The translations under genes and the position numbers were made by a program. A DNA stretch of 64,000 bases from Candidatus Margulisiibacteriota bacterium (GTDB lineage: Bacteria; Margulisbacteria; WOR-1; O2-12-FULL-45-9): contig JBAZZP010000003.1 in the NCBI GenBank assembly GCA_041658745.1, positions 83,423 through 147,422 of the forward strand, in the 5' to 3' direction. This document shows, one piece after another, positions 35,526 to 44,099 of the stretch. Position 1 is the stretch's first letter. Every line of letters begins with the position of its first letter. Under the pieces are notes generated by a model, which did not search any database, was not told the DNA's origin, and saw nothing but the letters and a program-made list of their open reading frames with translations.

Positions 35526-37154
35526 ATGCAGCCAGAGCCAACCATTAAAATCCTCACCGAAGAACTAATCAACAAAATCGCTGCCGGAGAAGTGGTTGAG
35601 AGACCAGCCGCTGCGGTTAAAGAATTGGTTGAGAACTCGATTGACGCCGGCGCATCCAAAGTAAGCGTTGAAATTCAAGCAGCTGGCAGTAAACTAATCC
35701 GCGTTGCCGATAACGGCCGGGGAATGAGCCAAGAAGATTTAACTCTTGCGGTCCAACGCCATGCCACTTCCAAAATTAGCACCTTGGAAGACTTATTTAA
35801 CATTCAAACCCTGGGCTTTCGCGGAGAAGCGCTCTCCTCCATTGCCGCGGTTTCAAAATTTGATATCGAACAAAATCCTTCAGGACAAGGCGTTACCGTT
35901 ACGGCCAAAGACTTATTTTACAACACTCCCGCCCGCAAAAAGTTTTTAAAATCACCCTCGACCGAAATGGGACACATTGGCGACGTAGTTTCCAAATACG
36001 CCATGGCCTACCCAGAAATTGCCTTTGAATTAATTGTGGATGGAAAACCCCTCTTGCAATCCCCTGGATCAGGAAAACTAAAAGATGCCGTCTTGTCGGT
36101 TTACGGCTTAGAACTAGTTAAAGACTTGATTGCAATCGAAGGTAAAATTAACAACATTAAGGTCTCGGGCCTCATTAGTTTGCCCACTCTAACCCGGGTG
36201 GATAAAAATTATGAGAATTTTTTTGTCAACCGTCGTTTTGTAAAAAACTTCTTACTCAACCGGGCACTTGAAGACGCTTATCGTACTTTAATTCCCAATA
36301 ATCGTTATCCTGCAGCTATTGTCTTTATCGATGTCGATCCCAAACAAATCGATGTTAACGTCCACCCCACTAAACGCGAAATAAAGTTTGCCAATAATCA
36401 GGCCGTAATGGAAGCTGTTCGCACGGTTGTTCAGCAAGCCTTAGGCAACAAAACTCCCATACTCCATACTCCAAACTCCAATCTCCATACTCATTCCCAC
36501 TGGGATCCTCCGTGCCAGAAATGGGAACCAAGCATGGCTGACGTTCTCTTTCCGGTAGAGTGTGCGACTGGTGAAAATCTTCCTTTAAGGCCTGTTAGCA
36601 CTTACAAAGATACCTACATTATTACCACTGATGGAGAAGACCTGGTAATGATCGATCAGCACGCGGCTCACGAACGAGTGTTATACGACCGGCTCACAGC
36701 TCACAGCTCACAGCAAGCCCACGTTGAACAACAAACTTTGTTATTGCCCGAAAATATTGAGTTGGATACAAAAAGTTATTCAACAACCAAGGCAAATTTA
36801 GATTTACTGCGTGAGCTAGGCTTTGATTTGGAAGAGTTTGGCGGAAATGCCTTAATTTTACGCGCTGTTCCATCAATCTCGTCCAAGCTTAACCCTAAAC
36901 AACTCTTACTAGATATCGTGGCCGAATTAGACAATCTCGGCAAAAGCGTTCAAACCGAAACCAAACAAGAAAATATCCGCAAATTAATCGCTTGCCATAG
37001 TGCAGTCAAAGCAGGGGATAAATTATCCGCTCTCGAAATTAACCAACTGATCAAAGACCTTTATGCAACCCAAAACCCCATGACCTGCCCACACGGTCGA
37101 CCAATCATGTTTCGGATGACCGAAAACGAAATTAAAAAGAAATTTGCCCGCTAG
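35526..37154 (+). CDS. mutL: DNA mismatch repair protein MutL
   Basis: GHKL ATPase N-terminus (ELVENSIDAG...DNGRGM...GFRGEAL) and C-terminal dimerisation domain. No mutS adjacent. Carries heptamer repeat insertions. Confidence 0.9.
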   Translation: MQPEPTIKILTEELINKIAAGEVVERPAAAVKELVENSIDAGASKVSVEIQAAGSKLIRVADNGRGMSQEDLTLAVQRHATSKISTLEDLFNIQTLGFRGEALSSIAAVSKFDIEQNPSGQGVTVTAKDLFYNTPARKKFLKSPSTEMGHIGDVVSKYAMAYPEIAFELIVDGKPLLQSPGSGKLKDAVLSVYGLELVKDLIAIEGKINNIKVSGLISLPTLTRVDKNYENFFVNRRFVKNFLLNRALEDAYRTLIPNNRYPAAIVFIDVDPKQIDVNVHPTKREIKFANNQAVMEAVRTVVQQALGNKTPILHTPNSNLHTHSHWDPPCQKWEPSMADVLFPVECATGENLPLRPVSTYKDTYIITTDGEDLVMIDQHAAHERVLYDRLTAHSSQQAHVEQQTLLLPENIELDTKSYSTTKANLDLLRELGFDLEEFGGNALILRAVPSISSKLNPKQLLLDIVAELDNLGKSVQTETKQENIRKLIACHSAVKAGDKLSALEINQLIKDLYATQNPMTCPHGRPIMFRMTENEIKKKFAR

Positions 37155-37260
37155 TGTAGGGGATCTCGACACTGCTGCTGTCTAAAAATCGTCGTTTTTG
37201 TTTTACTTAGCCTTGACCAGAGCTGATTAGGCTTGGCAATACAATTGCTAGGGATTGAAT

Positions 37261-37446
37261 ATCTGGTGATCAGGAAATCTGGGAAGGGAGATCGGGGAAT
37301 CAGGATATCTGGATAGGGAAATCAAGACAGTAGAAAATTATAGATTTGAATAATTATTATGAAAATACGGTCTTAAAGGTTTATTTCCCCCTAATTTCCA
37401 GATGCCCGGATTCCCCTTTCCTGATTCCCCGATCCCCAGATACCCA
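37261..37446. repeat. Imperfect inverted-repeat element (two ~60-bp GGGGAATCAGGA/ATCTGG-rich arms around a ~60-bp AT-rich core) in the mutL–topA intergenic region
   Basis: Arm 1 at 37261..37325. The reverse complement of 37384..37446 shares GATCGGGGAATCAGGA and ATCTGG-containing blocks with it. No ORF. Confidence 0.5.
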
Positions 37447-37508
37447 ATAGCATATTTGACAGCTCAACCCATGCTCTGTTACCATCTTATCAGAAGCGCA
37501 AATAATTT

Positions 37509-39668
37509 ATGGCTAAGAAACAAACAAAATTAGTGATCGTTGAGTCTCCTTCTAAGGCCAACACCTTAAAGAAGTTCTTGGGGAGCGAATATACAGTAGA
37601 GGCCTCTGCCGGACATGTTATTGATCTTCCGCCAAAGTCGCTGGGAGTTAATGTTGAAAAAGACTTTACGCCAACCTACAAAACCATTAAAGGCAAAGAG
37701 AAAATCATCAAGCACTTGCAGGAAGCCGCCAAAAACGCCAGCGTAATTCTACTGGCTCCCGATCCGGATCGCGAAGGGGAAGCAATCGCATGGCACCTTT
37801 CAACAGCTCTGGGCAAAAACAAAAACATCAAACGAATAGAATTTCACGAAATCACCAAAGATGCCGTTCTATTTGCCGTTAAACATCCTAGAGAAATCGA
37901 TATGGATCGGGTCAATGCCCAGCAAGCCCGGCGAATACTGGATCGTTTGGTCGGTTACAAAATTAGCCCCCTCCTCTGGCGTAAAGTCCGCAAGGGTCTT
38001 TCGGCTGGCAGAGTCCAATCGGTGGCCGTCCGCTTAATTTGTGAACGCGAAGACCTAATCAATGCCTTTAAAGCTCAAGAATATTGGACTATTATTGCCA
38101 ATTTAGCAAACAATAGTAAAGTCGAGTTTTCTGCTCGTCTAATTTCCAAAGACGGGGAAGCCCTCGGTGGCCGCCCACAAGAAAAAACCAAAATTGTCGT
38201 TTCAGAGGCGGAAGCCAAACAAATTTTAAGTGAATTAGATGGGGCACAATATACTATTTCCCAAATTACCAAAAAAGAATCTCGCCGTTATCCCACCCCA
38301 CCCTTTATCACCAGTACGCTCCAGCAAGAAGCATCTCGCAAACTGGGCTTTTCAGCCAAAAGAACTATGATGCTGGCTCAGAAACTGTACGAAGGGATGG
38401 ATTTAAAAGACGAAGGCAGGCACGGCTTAATCACCTATATGCGTACCGACTCAGTCCGTATTGCCACCGAGGCCGAAACAGCCGTCCGCAAATATATTGT
38501 TGAAAATTTTGGCAAAGAATTTATTCCCGCTCAACCCCTTCACTACAAAAAAAAGAAACAGGCCCAAGATGCCCACGAAGCTATTCGCCCAACCTCTGTC
38601 CTGCGCTCTCCGGAGAAAATCAAAGAAAGCTTAGGGCCAGATGAATATAAACTATACGATTTGATTTGGAAAAGGTTTGTCGCCTGTCAGATGGAAGCCG
38701 CAATTTTTGATCAAACCGCCGCCGACATTGCGGCCAAAAACTATTTATTCCGCGCCAATGGATCAGTCATCAAATTTGAAGGATTTTTAAAAGTTTACAT
38801 GGAAAGCACCGATGAGGACACCCCACAAGAAACTGAAGGACTTTTACCCGAATTAAACGAAAAAGAATTACTAACATTATTAAAATTATTACCAGAACAA
38901 CATTTTACCGAACCGCCTGCCCGCTACAACGAAGCCTCCCTCGTCAAAGAACTGGAAAAAAGAGGGATTGGACGACCATCAACCTACGCCCCCATTATTG
39001 CTACTATCCAAGATCGCGGCTATGTTGAAAAAGAAGGGAAAGCTCTAAAGCCAACCGAAATTGGAGTAACAACCAACACCTTATTGGTGAAACATTTTCC
39101 ACAAATCCTGGACATCAAATTTACCGCCCAAATGGAAGATGAACTGGATGACGTGGCAGAAGCAAAAATTAACTGGGTTAAGGCCTTAAAAGACTTCTAT
39201 GAGCCATTTGCCGCTGCCCTTTCACTAGCTGAAGTAAAAATGGAGAAGGTAAAAAAAGAAATTGCCACTGACGAGGTTTGCCCTACCTGTGGCAAACCCC
39301 TTATTATCCGTGAAGGGCGCTATGGCAATTTTATTGCTTGCTCCGGCTACCCTAAATGCAAATATACAAAGCCCACCAAAGAGGACGAAGTAAAAGTAAC
39401 TGAGGTCTGTGAAAAATGCGGGAAACCGATGGTCATGAAGCATAGTCGTTTTGGCAGTTTTCTAGCTTGCTCTGGATATCCAAACTGCAAAAACACCAAA
39501 AATATCATAAAAAAGATAGACGCCAAATGTCCCAAGTGCGGTGGAGATATATCCGAAAGAAGGACTCGGCGCGGCAAGATCTTTTATGGCTGCAGCAACT
39601 GGCCCAAATGCGACTTTGCCACTTGGCAGCGGCCAGCTCCAGAAAAGAAAGAAGGGGAAAATGCTTAA
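37509..39668 (+). CDS. topA: DNA topoisomerase I with C-terminal C4 zinc ribbons
   Basis: Toprim N-terminus, active-site region, three CxxC…CxxC zinc ribbons near the C-terminus. 719 aa. Confidence 0.9.
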   Translation: MAKKQTKLVIVESPSKANTLKKFLGSEYTVEASAGHVIDLPPKSLGVNVEKDFTPTYKTIKGKEKIIKHLQEAAKNASVILLAPDPDREGEAIAWHLSTALGKNKNIKRIEFHEITKDAVLFAVKHPREIDMDRVNAQQARRILDRLVGYKISPLLWRKVRKGLSAGRVQSVAVRLICEREDLINAFKAQEYWTIIANLANNSKVEFSARLISKDGEALGGRPQEKTKIVVSEAEAKQILSELDGAQYTISQITKKESRRYPTPPFITSTLQQEASRKLGFSAKRTMMLAQKLYEGMDLKDEGRHGLITYMRTDSVRIATEAETAVRKYIVENFGKEFIPAQPLHYKKKKQAQDAHEAIRPTSVLRSPEKIKESLGPDEYKLYDLIWKRFVACQMEAAIFDQTAADIAAKNYLFRANGSVIKFEGFLKVYMESTDEDTPQETEGLLPELNEKELLTLLKLLPEQHFTEPPARYNEASLVKELEKRGIGRPSTYAPIIATIQDRGYVEKEGKALKPTEIGVTTNTLLVKHFPQILDIKFTAQMEDELDDVAEAKINWVKALKDFYEPFAAALSLAEVKMEKVKKEIATDEVCPTCGKPLIIREGRYGNFIACSGYPKCKYTKPTKEDEVKVTEVCEKCGKPMVMKHSRFGSFLACSGYPNCKNTKNIIKKIDAKCPKCGGDISERRTRRGKIFYGCSNWPKCDFATWQRPAPEKKEGENA

Positions 39669-39766
39669 AACTTTTTTTACCCGTAACTTAAACATAAAGT
39701 TCTTGGCCGTTTTCCTATCAATATTACTTTGGTCAATTGCCCGTTTTTGGGGAATAAGATAAATAG

Positions 39767-40615
39767 ATGCGCACAATCAAAGACCCAAAAGAAATGTTTG
39801 CTTTTTCCCAGCGAGCCAAAAACCATGGCAAGACAATTGGCTTTGTGCCAACTATGGGTTCCTTACACGAAGGGCATCTTTCCTTGGTTGCCGAAGCCAA
39901 AAAGAGAGCGGATCTTGTAGTTGTTAGCATCTTTGTTAATCCATTACAGTTTTCGCAAAATGAGGACTTCAAACAATACCCCCGCAACCAAAAACATGAT
40001 AGCAAATTACTGGACAATTTCGCCGTAGACGCCCTTTTTATTCCTGAAGCGTCCAAAATGTATGCGGACAAGTTTACCACCACCGTGGACGTTGGCGATC
40101 TCGGCAAGAAAATGTGCGGCAAATCGCGCCCCCATCACTTCAAGGGCGTAGCCACAATTGTTACCAAACTATTTAATATAGTATGCCCCAATTTTGTTTT
40201 CTTTGGTGAAAAAGACTACCAACAATTTATTATCATAAAACAATTAGTTCAAGACCTAAATCTGCCGATAGAGGTTATTGGCCTGCCAATTGTGCGTGAT
40301 TTCGATGGGCTAGCTCTTTCCTCCCGCAATAAAAATTTAAATGATAAAGAAAGAAAATCGGCAACCATAATTAGCAAGGCCCTTTCCACTGCCCGCGCTG
40401 AGATAGAGGCCGGGGAAAGAGACCCCAACAAAATCCTCTTCCGCATGCGCTCCCTGATTGGCAGTGAACCGGTAGTGCGAATCGATTATATTACGATTGC
40501 TAATCCTATTACCTTAGAAGAAACCAAAACCATAAAAGGCAAATTATTGATAGCGATTGCCGCCCATGTTGGCAACACTCGCTTGATAGACAATATTCAG
40601 CTCTATATAAAATGA
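39767..40615 (+). CDS. panC: Pantoate--beta-alanine ligase
   Basis: GFVPTMGSLHEGHLSLV HIGH-like motif. 282 aa. Confidence 0.9.
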   Translation: MRTIKDPKEMFAFSQRAKNHGKTIGFVPTMGSLHEGHLSLVAEAKKRADLVVVSIFVNPLQFSQNEDFKQYPRNQKHDSKLLDNFAVDALFIPEASKMYADKFTTTVDVGDLGKKMCGKSRPHHFKGVATIVTKLFNIVCPNFVFFGEKDYQQFIIIKQLVQDLNLPIEVIGLPIVRDFDGLALSSRNKNLNDKERKSATIISKALSTARAEIEAGERDPNKILFRMRSLIGSEPVVRIDYITIANPITLEETKTIKGKLLIAIAAHVGNTRLIDNIQLYIK

Positions 40616-40992
40616 CCTCCTCTGCGAAAAAAGGGTTCAGTTTATTAGAGTGCTTAATTGTTGTTGGAATTTTGGGGATTCTCCTTACAATTAGCCTTCC
40701 GACCTTAAAGCAATATCGCGAATCGGTTATTCTGAATGCCTCTGCAATAGCCTTAGCCAGCGACCTTCGAGCGCTGCAAAACCAGGCAATGTTAAACCAT
40801 GGAATTGCCAGGCTTTCTTTGTCAGCTTTAAAGCCCCCTGCTCCAATAAAGATTTTATCTTTCTCATCCATTGCATTTTCTCCGTCCGGACTTCCCATCG
40901 TTGGCGGCAGCGGGACAATTGTATTGGGTAGCTCAGCCAGCATAAGCAAAAAGATAATTGTTTCTTCCCTGGGGAGGATCCGCATTGAATAA
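40612..40992 (+). CDS. Prepilin-type N-terminal cleavage/methylation domain pseudopilin (GspH/FimT-like)
   Basis: KGFSLLECLIVVGILGIL class-III signal peptide with Glu+5. 4-nt overlap with panC. Confidence 0.7.
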   Translation: MTSSAKKGFSLLECLIVVGILGILLTISLPTLKQYRESVILNASAIALASDLRALQNQAMLNHGIARLSLSALKPPAPIKILSFSSIAFSPSGLPIVGGSGTIVLGSSASISKKIIVSSLGRIRIE

Positions 40993-41329
40993 CCAAAAAG
41001 GCTTTACTCTAATTGAGATGTTAACTGCTTTTGCCCTGCTTATTTGTATCAGCATGGGTCTCAACTATTTACTAAAAAGCGGCAAATGCGCCATTTCATC
41101 TGCCACGAAACAGCGTCAGGCAATATATGCCGCTCAATCAAAGATGGAAGAAATAAGAGCTGTCCCCTTTTCTAGTTTGGCAGCATTCAACAAAAATTCT
41201 TTTGCCGATGGAAAGGGGAGAATTAGCATTAATTCAGTTGCTTCAAATCTTATGCTAATAACCCTTGAAATGCAGTGGTCAGCCAATAAAAGACCCCTGC
41301 GATTAACTACCTTAAGGAGCAATTTGTGA
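40985..41329 (+). CDS. Prepilin-type pseudopilin (GspI-like), probable TTG start overlapping the upstream stop
   Basis: NNQKGFTLIEMLTAFALLICI prepilin motif. In-frame TTG at 40985 overlaps the TAA of the upstream gene. ORF track start is at 40958. Confidence 0.65.
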   Translation: MNNQKGFTLIEMLTAFALLICISMGLNYLLKSGKCAISSATKQRQAIYAAQSKMEEIRAVPFSSLAAFNKNSFADGKGRISINSVASNLMLITLEMQWSANKRPLRLTTLRSNL

Positions 41330-41754
41330 TGCGCAAAGGCTTTAGCTTGGTAGAAATGATTATCGCCCTTAGTCTTTTTGCGTGCTTATTTTGCAGTTTA
41401 TATTATTTTACTGGCCAATCTATCCGTTTTTGGCAACGAGCGGCAGATAATTGCTCCCACCAGCAGACCGAAAACTTTGTTTTGGAGCAAATCATAACAG
41501 CAGTCCGCCAATCCGATCAAATTATGCCAACTTCAAGCACCTCGACATTAATTCTTTCCAGCGAAGGGGAAAACCTGCAATATTCATTAACAAACCACAA
41601 AGTCCAACGCAAAAAAAACGGATCCATTGGTTATCTGACGGATGAAAATGAAATTAACCAATTGTCGTTTGCCTATCCTTCCGCCAAGCGAGTTCAAATT
41701 TCCCTTGAAACAGTTTCAGCAGAAGCATATATGAGAAATGGCAATGAAAACTAA
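41326..41754 (+). CDS. Prepilin-type pseudopilin (GspJ-like)
   Basis: MRKGFSLVEMIIALSLFACL prepilin motif. 4-nt overlap with the upstream gene. Confidence 0.65.
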   Translation: MMRKGFSLVEMIIALSLFACLFCSLYYFTGQSIRFWQRAADNCSHQQTENFVLEQIITAVRQSDQIMPTSSTSTLILSSEGENLQYSLTNHKVQRKKNGSIGYLTDENEINQLSFAYPSAKRVQISLETVSAEAYMRNGNEN

Positions 41755-42166
41755 ACATGCCGGGTTTGCTCTGCTGAGCGTAATATTGCTTTGTACTCTT
41801 TTGTTTATAGTAGCTGGCTTATTTGCCAAAATAGTCTATAATTATTCTTTGGGGAACAACGGGTTGCAACAAAGAGCCCAAGCTTATTATCTGGCAGAGG
41901 CAGGAATTGAAAAAGGAAAGACAGAAATTGCCGAAAATCCCGCCTGGTACACCGACCTCCCCAATCATGCCGAAGATGACACTGAGTGGCTTATCAATTC
42001 TGCCGCCGGTCAAACAAACAGCCTAGATTCTGGAAAATTTAAAATTATACGGGAACAAGGCAAAAGCATTCTATATGCGGTTGGTTTTCAGGGAGAAGGG
42101 GTTAATGTCCAAAAAATTGAATTTGCCCCCTTTCCTTTTAAGGAGAAAAAATGGGAAATTATCTAA
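41738..42166 (+). CDS. Minor pilin/pseudopilin (GspK/PilX-like; N-terminal hydrophobic helix without canonical G-1)
   Basis: HAGFALLSVILLCTLLFIVAGLF hydrophobic N-terminus. Fourth gene of the overlapping pseudopilin run. Confidence 0.5.
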   Translation: MAMKTKHAGFALLSVILLCTLLFIVAGLFAKIVYNYSLGNNGLQQRAQAYYLAEAGIEKGKTEIAENPAWYTDLPNHAEDDTEWLINSAAGQTNSLDSGKFKIIREQGKSILYAVGFQGEGVNVQKIEFAPFPFKEKKWEII

Positions 42167-42510
42167 TAGCGGCAACTTCGATTATATTAGCGATCACAGG
42201 TCAATTACTAATGAAAAAAGGGATGATGGTTTTTGGAACCTTTCAAATTTCAGATTTACTCACTAAAATTGTCCCCATGTTTCTTAACCCCTACGTCTTC
42301 CTTGGCTTTTTTTGTTTTGGGCTAAGCTCAATTTTCTGGTTAGTGGTCCTATCTCGTCTCGAAATTAGTTTGGTTTATCCCATGGTAAGTGTGGCATATG
42401 TTATCGTCGCCATTTTTTCCTGGTATGTCTTTAAAGAAAATTTATCGGTTATTCGCTGGGCGGGGATTCTGGTTATTCTTCTCGGGGTATTCTTGATTTC
42501 GCGCAGTTAA
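42151..42510 (+). CDS. Small 4-TM EamA/DMT-superfamily membrane protein (ArnE/ArnF- or SMR-like)
   Basis: Four predicted TM helices in 119 aa. Overlaps the end of the pseudopilin operon. Confidence 0.55.
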   Translation: MGNYLIAATSIILAITGQLLMKKGMMVFGTFQISDLLTKIVPMFLNPYVFLGFFCFGLSSIFWLVVLSRLEISLVYPMVSVAYVIVAIFSWYVFKENLSVIRWAGILVILLGVFLISRS

Positions 42511-42512
42511 TT

Positions 42513-43001
42513 TTAACTTTTTCCGTAAAATTTGGTAAAGTCTTCGGGTTTCATATTGTCAATAAAGTCTTTGAATTTTTTAGTTTCTTCCTCGTCCTTC
42601 TCGGCATTTACCAATTTGGCCTGAACCATTACTGTTTCAGAAACTAATATTGGAATGTGAGCACGGACGGCGATGGCAATAGCATCCGAAGGTCTTGAAT
42701 CGAGCAGAATTTTTTTTCCTTCCTTCTCAACTTCAATCGTGGCAAAGAAGGTCCCCTCTTTTATATCACTAATAATTATTCTCTGGATGCTCCCTCCCAT
42801 TTTCTCGACCGCGCTTTTTAGCAAATCATGGGTCATAGGCCGAGGGGGCTTAACGCCTTGCAGCTCCATGGCAATGGCTGCAGCTTCAAATATACCAATC
42901 CAGATAGGAAGAAAATTTATTTCGGCAGCATCACGCAACAATACCAGAGGAGACATGTTTTTGGGATCAAATCCCAATCCACCAATCTGCAGTTCGATCA
43001 T
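42513..43001 (-). CDS. Bifunctional nuclease (BFN/DUF151) domain protein
   Basis: LPIWIGIFEAAAIA and RPSDAIAIAVRA segments typical of the DUF151 family. 162 aa. Confidence 0.6.
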   Translation of the reverse strand: MIELQIGGLGFDPKNMSPLVLLRDAAEINFLPIWIGIFEAAAIAMELQGVKPPRPMTHDLLKSAVEKMGGSIQRIIISDIKEGTFFATIEVEKEGKKILLDSRPSDAIAIAVRAHIPILVSETVMVQAKLVNAEKDEEETKKFKDFIDNMKPEDFTKFYGKS

Positions 43002-43348
43002 TTTGCGCTTATTTTAGCGATCAACTTCTTCAAATCATCAGCATGATTAATGGCCATGTCGGCAAGCATTTTTCGATCAATTATAATGTTCTGTTTTTTT
43101 AGTAAATGAATAAAGGAGCTATATTTCATCCCTGCTTCTTTTAAGAAAGCATTGATTCTGATAATCCAAAGACCTCGCATGGTCCTCTTTTTAGTTTTGC
43201 GATCAACCGTGGCATGTCGTTGAGCCTTATAGACCGCTTGCTTAGAACGCCTAAACTGGACTCTTAGTGAACCACGAAAACCCTTTGCCCTGGCGCGAAC
43301 CTTCTTGCGGCGGCGACGAGCAACAAATCCACGTTTTACCCTAACCAT
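42998..43348 (-). CDS. rplT: 50S ribosomal protein L20
   Basis: MVRVKRGFVARRRRKKV... L20 signature. Confidence 0.9.
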   Translation of the reverse strand: MVRVKRGFVARRRRKKVRARAKGFRGSLRVQFRRSKQAVYKAQRHATVDRKTKKRTMRGLWIIRINAFLKEAGMKYSSFIHLLKKQNIIIDRKMLADMAINHADDLKKLIAKISAK

Positions 43349-43349
43349 T

Positions 43350-43550
43350 TTAAAAACCTCCCGGCAGCATGAGTTTTACTCGAGCCCTATCAGAATCAGA
43401 CACCATGCCTGCTTTTCCAAGGCCCCTCTTTGATTTTGATCGCTTCGTGGCTAAAAGATGTCTCATGCCCGAATGATGACGCTTTACTTTGCCGGAACTT
43501 GTAACATGAAATCGTTTTGCGGCTGCTTTTCTGGTCTTTATTTTTGGCAT
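43350..43550 (-). CDS. rpmI: 50S ribosomal protein L35
   Basis: MPKIKTRKAAAKRF... L35 signature. 66 aa. Confidence 0.9.
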   Translation of the reverse strand: MPKIKTRKAAAKRFHVTSSGKVKRHHSGMRHLLATKRSKSKRGLGKAGMVSDSDRARVKLMLPGGF

Positions 43551-43559
43551 TTTTTTACC

Positions 43560-44063
43560 TTACTTTGGGACAATAATTGCAATTAGCAACTTCCCGAACA
43601 TTTTGGGCGGTGATTCAACCTTTGCAACATCCGTCACCGCATCAATTAATCTTTCCATTATCTTTTTCCCCAATTCCGAATGCATCATTTCTCTTCCCCG
43701 GAATTGGAGAGTTGCTTTTACTTTATTCTTTTTCTCAATACACTCGCGTACCTTTTGGACGCGGACTTCAAAATCGTGTTGGGCAATTTTGGCAGAAAGC
43801 TTAACTTCTTTTAAGACGCCGGCTTTTTGAGCCTTACGAGCTTCTTTGTCGCGCTTGCTTTCTTCATATTTCAATTTTCCGATATCACTGATCCGGCAAA
43901 CTGGAGGGTTGGCATCTGGTGCAATTAAAACTAAGTCCAAACCTCTCTCGCGGGCGGCACTCAAGGCATTCGGCAGAGGCATAACCCCCAACTGCCCACC
44001 AGCTTCATCCACAACTCGAACCTCTCGAGCGCGAATCCTATCGTTTATGATGAAATACTTAAT
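43560..44063 (-). CDS. infC: Translation initiation factor IF-3, probable AUU start
   Basis: INDRIRAREVRVVDEAGGQLGV...ANPPVCRI matches IF3. The ORF extends upstream of the GTG at 44012 to an in-frame ATT at 44063, preceded by GGGGG. This follows the IF3 autoregulatory convention. Confidence 0.8.
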   Translation of the reverse strand: MKYFIINDRIRAREVRVVDEAGGQLGVMPLPNALSAARERGLDLVLIAPDANPPVCRISDIGKLKYEESKRDKEARKAQKAGVLKEVKLSAKIAQHDFEVRVQKVRECIEKKNKVKATLQFRGREMMHSELGKKIMERLIDAVTDVAKVESPPKMFGKLLIAIIVPK

Positions 44064-44099
44064 ACCTAATTAACCCCCGATGTCTCTATTATATACGAT

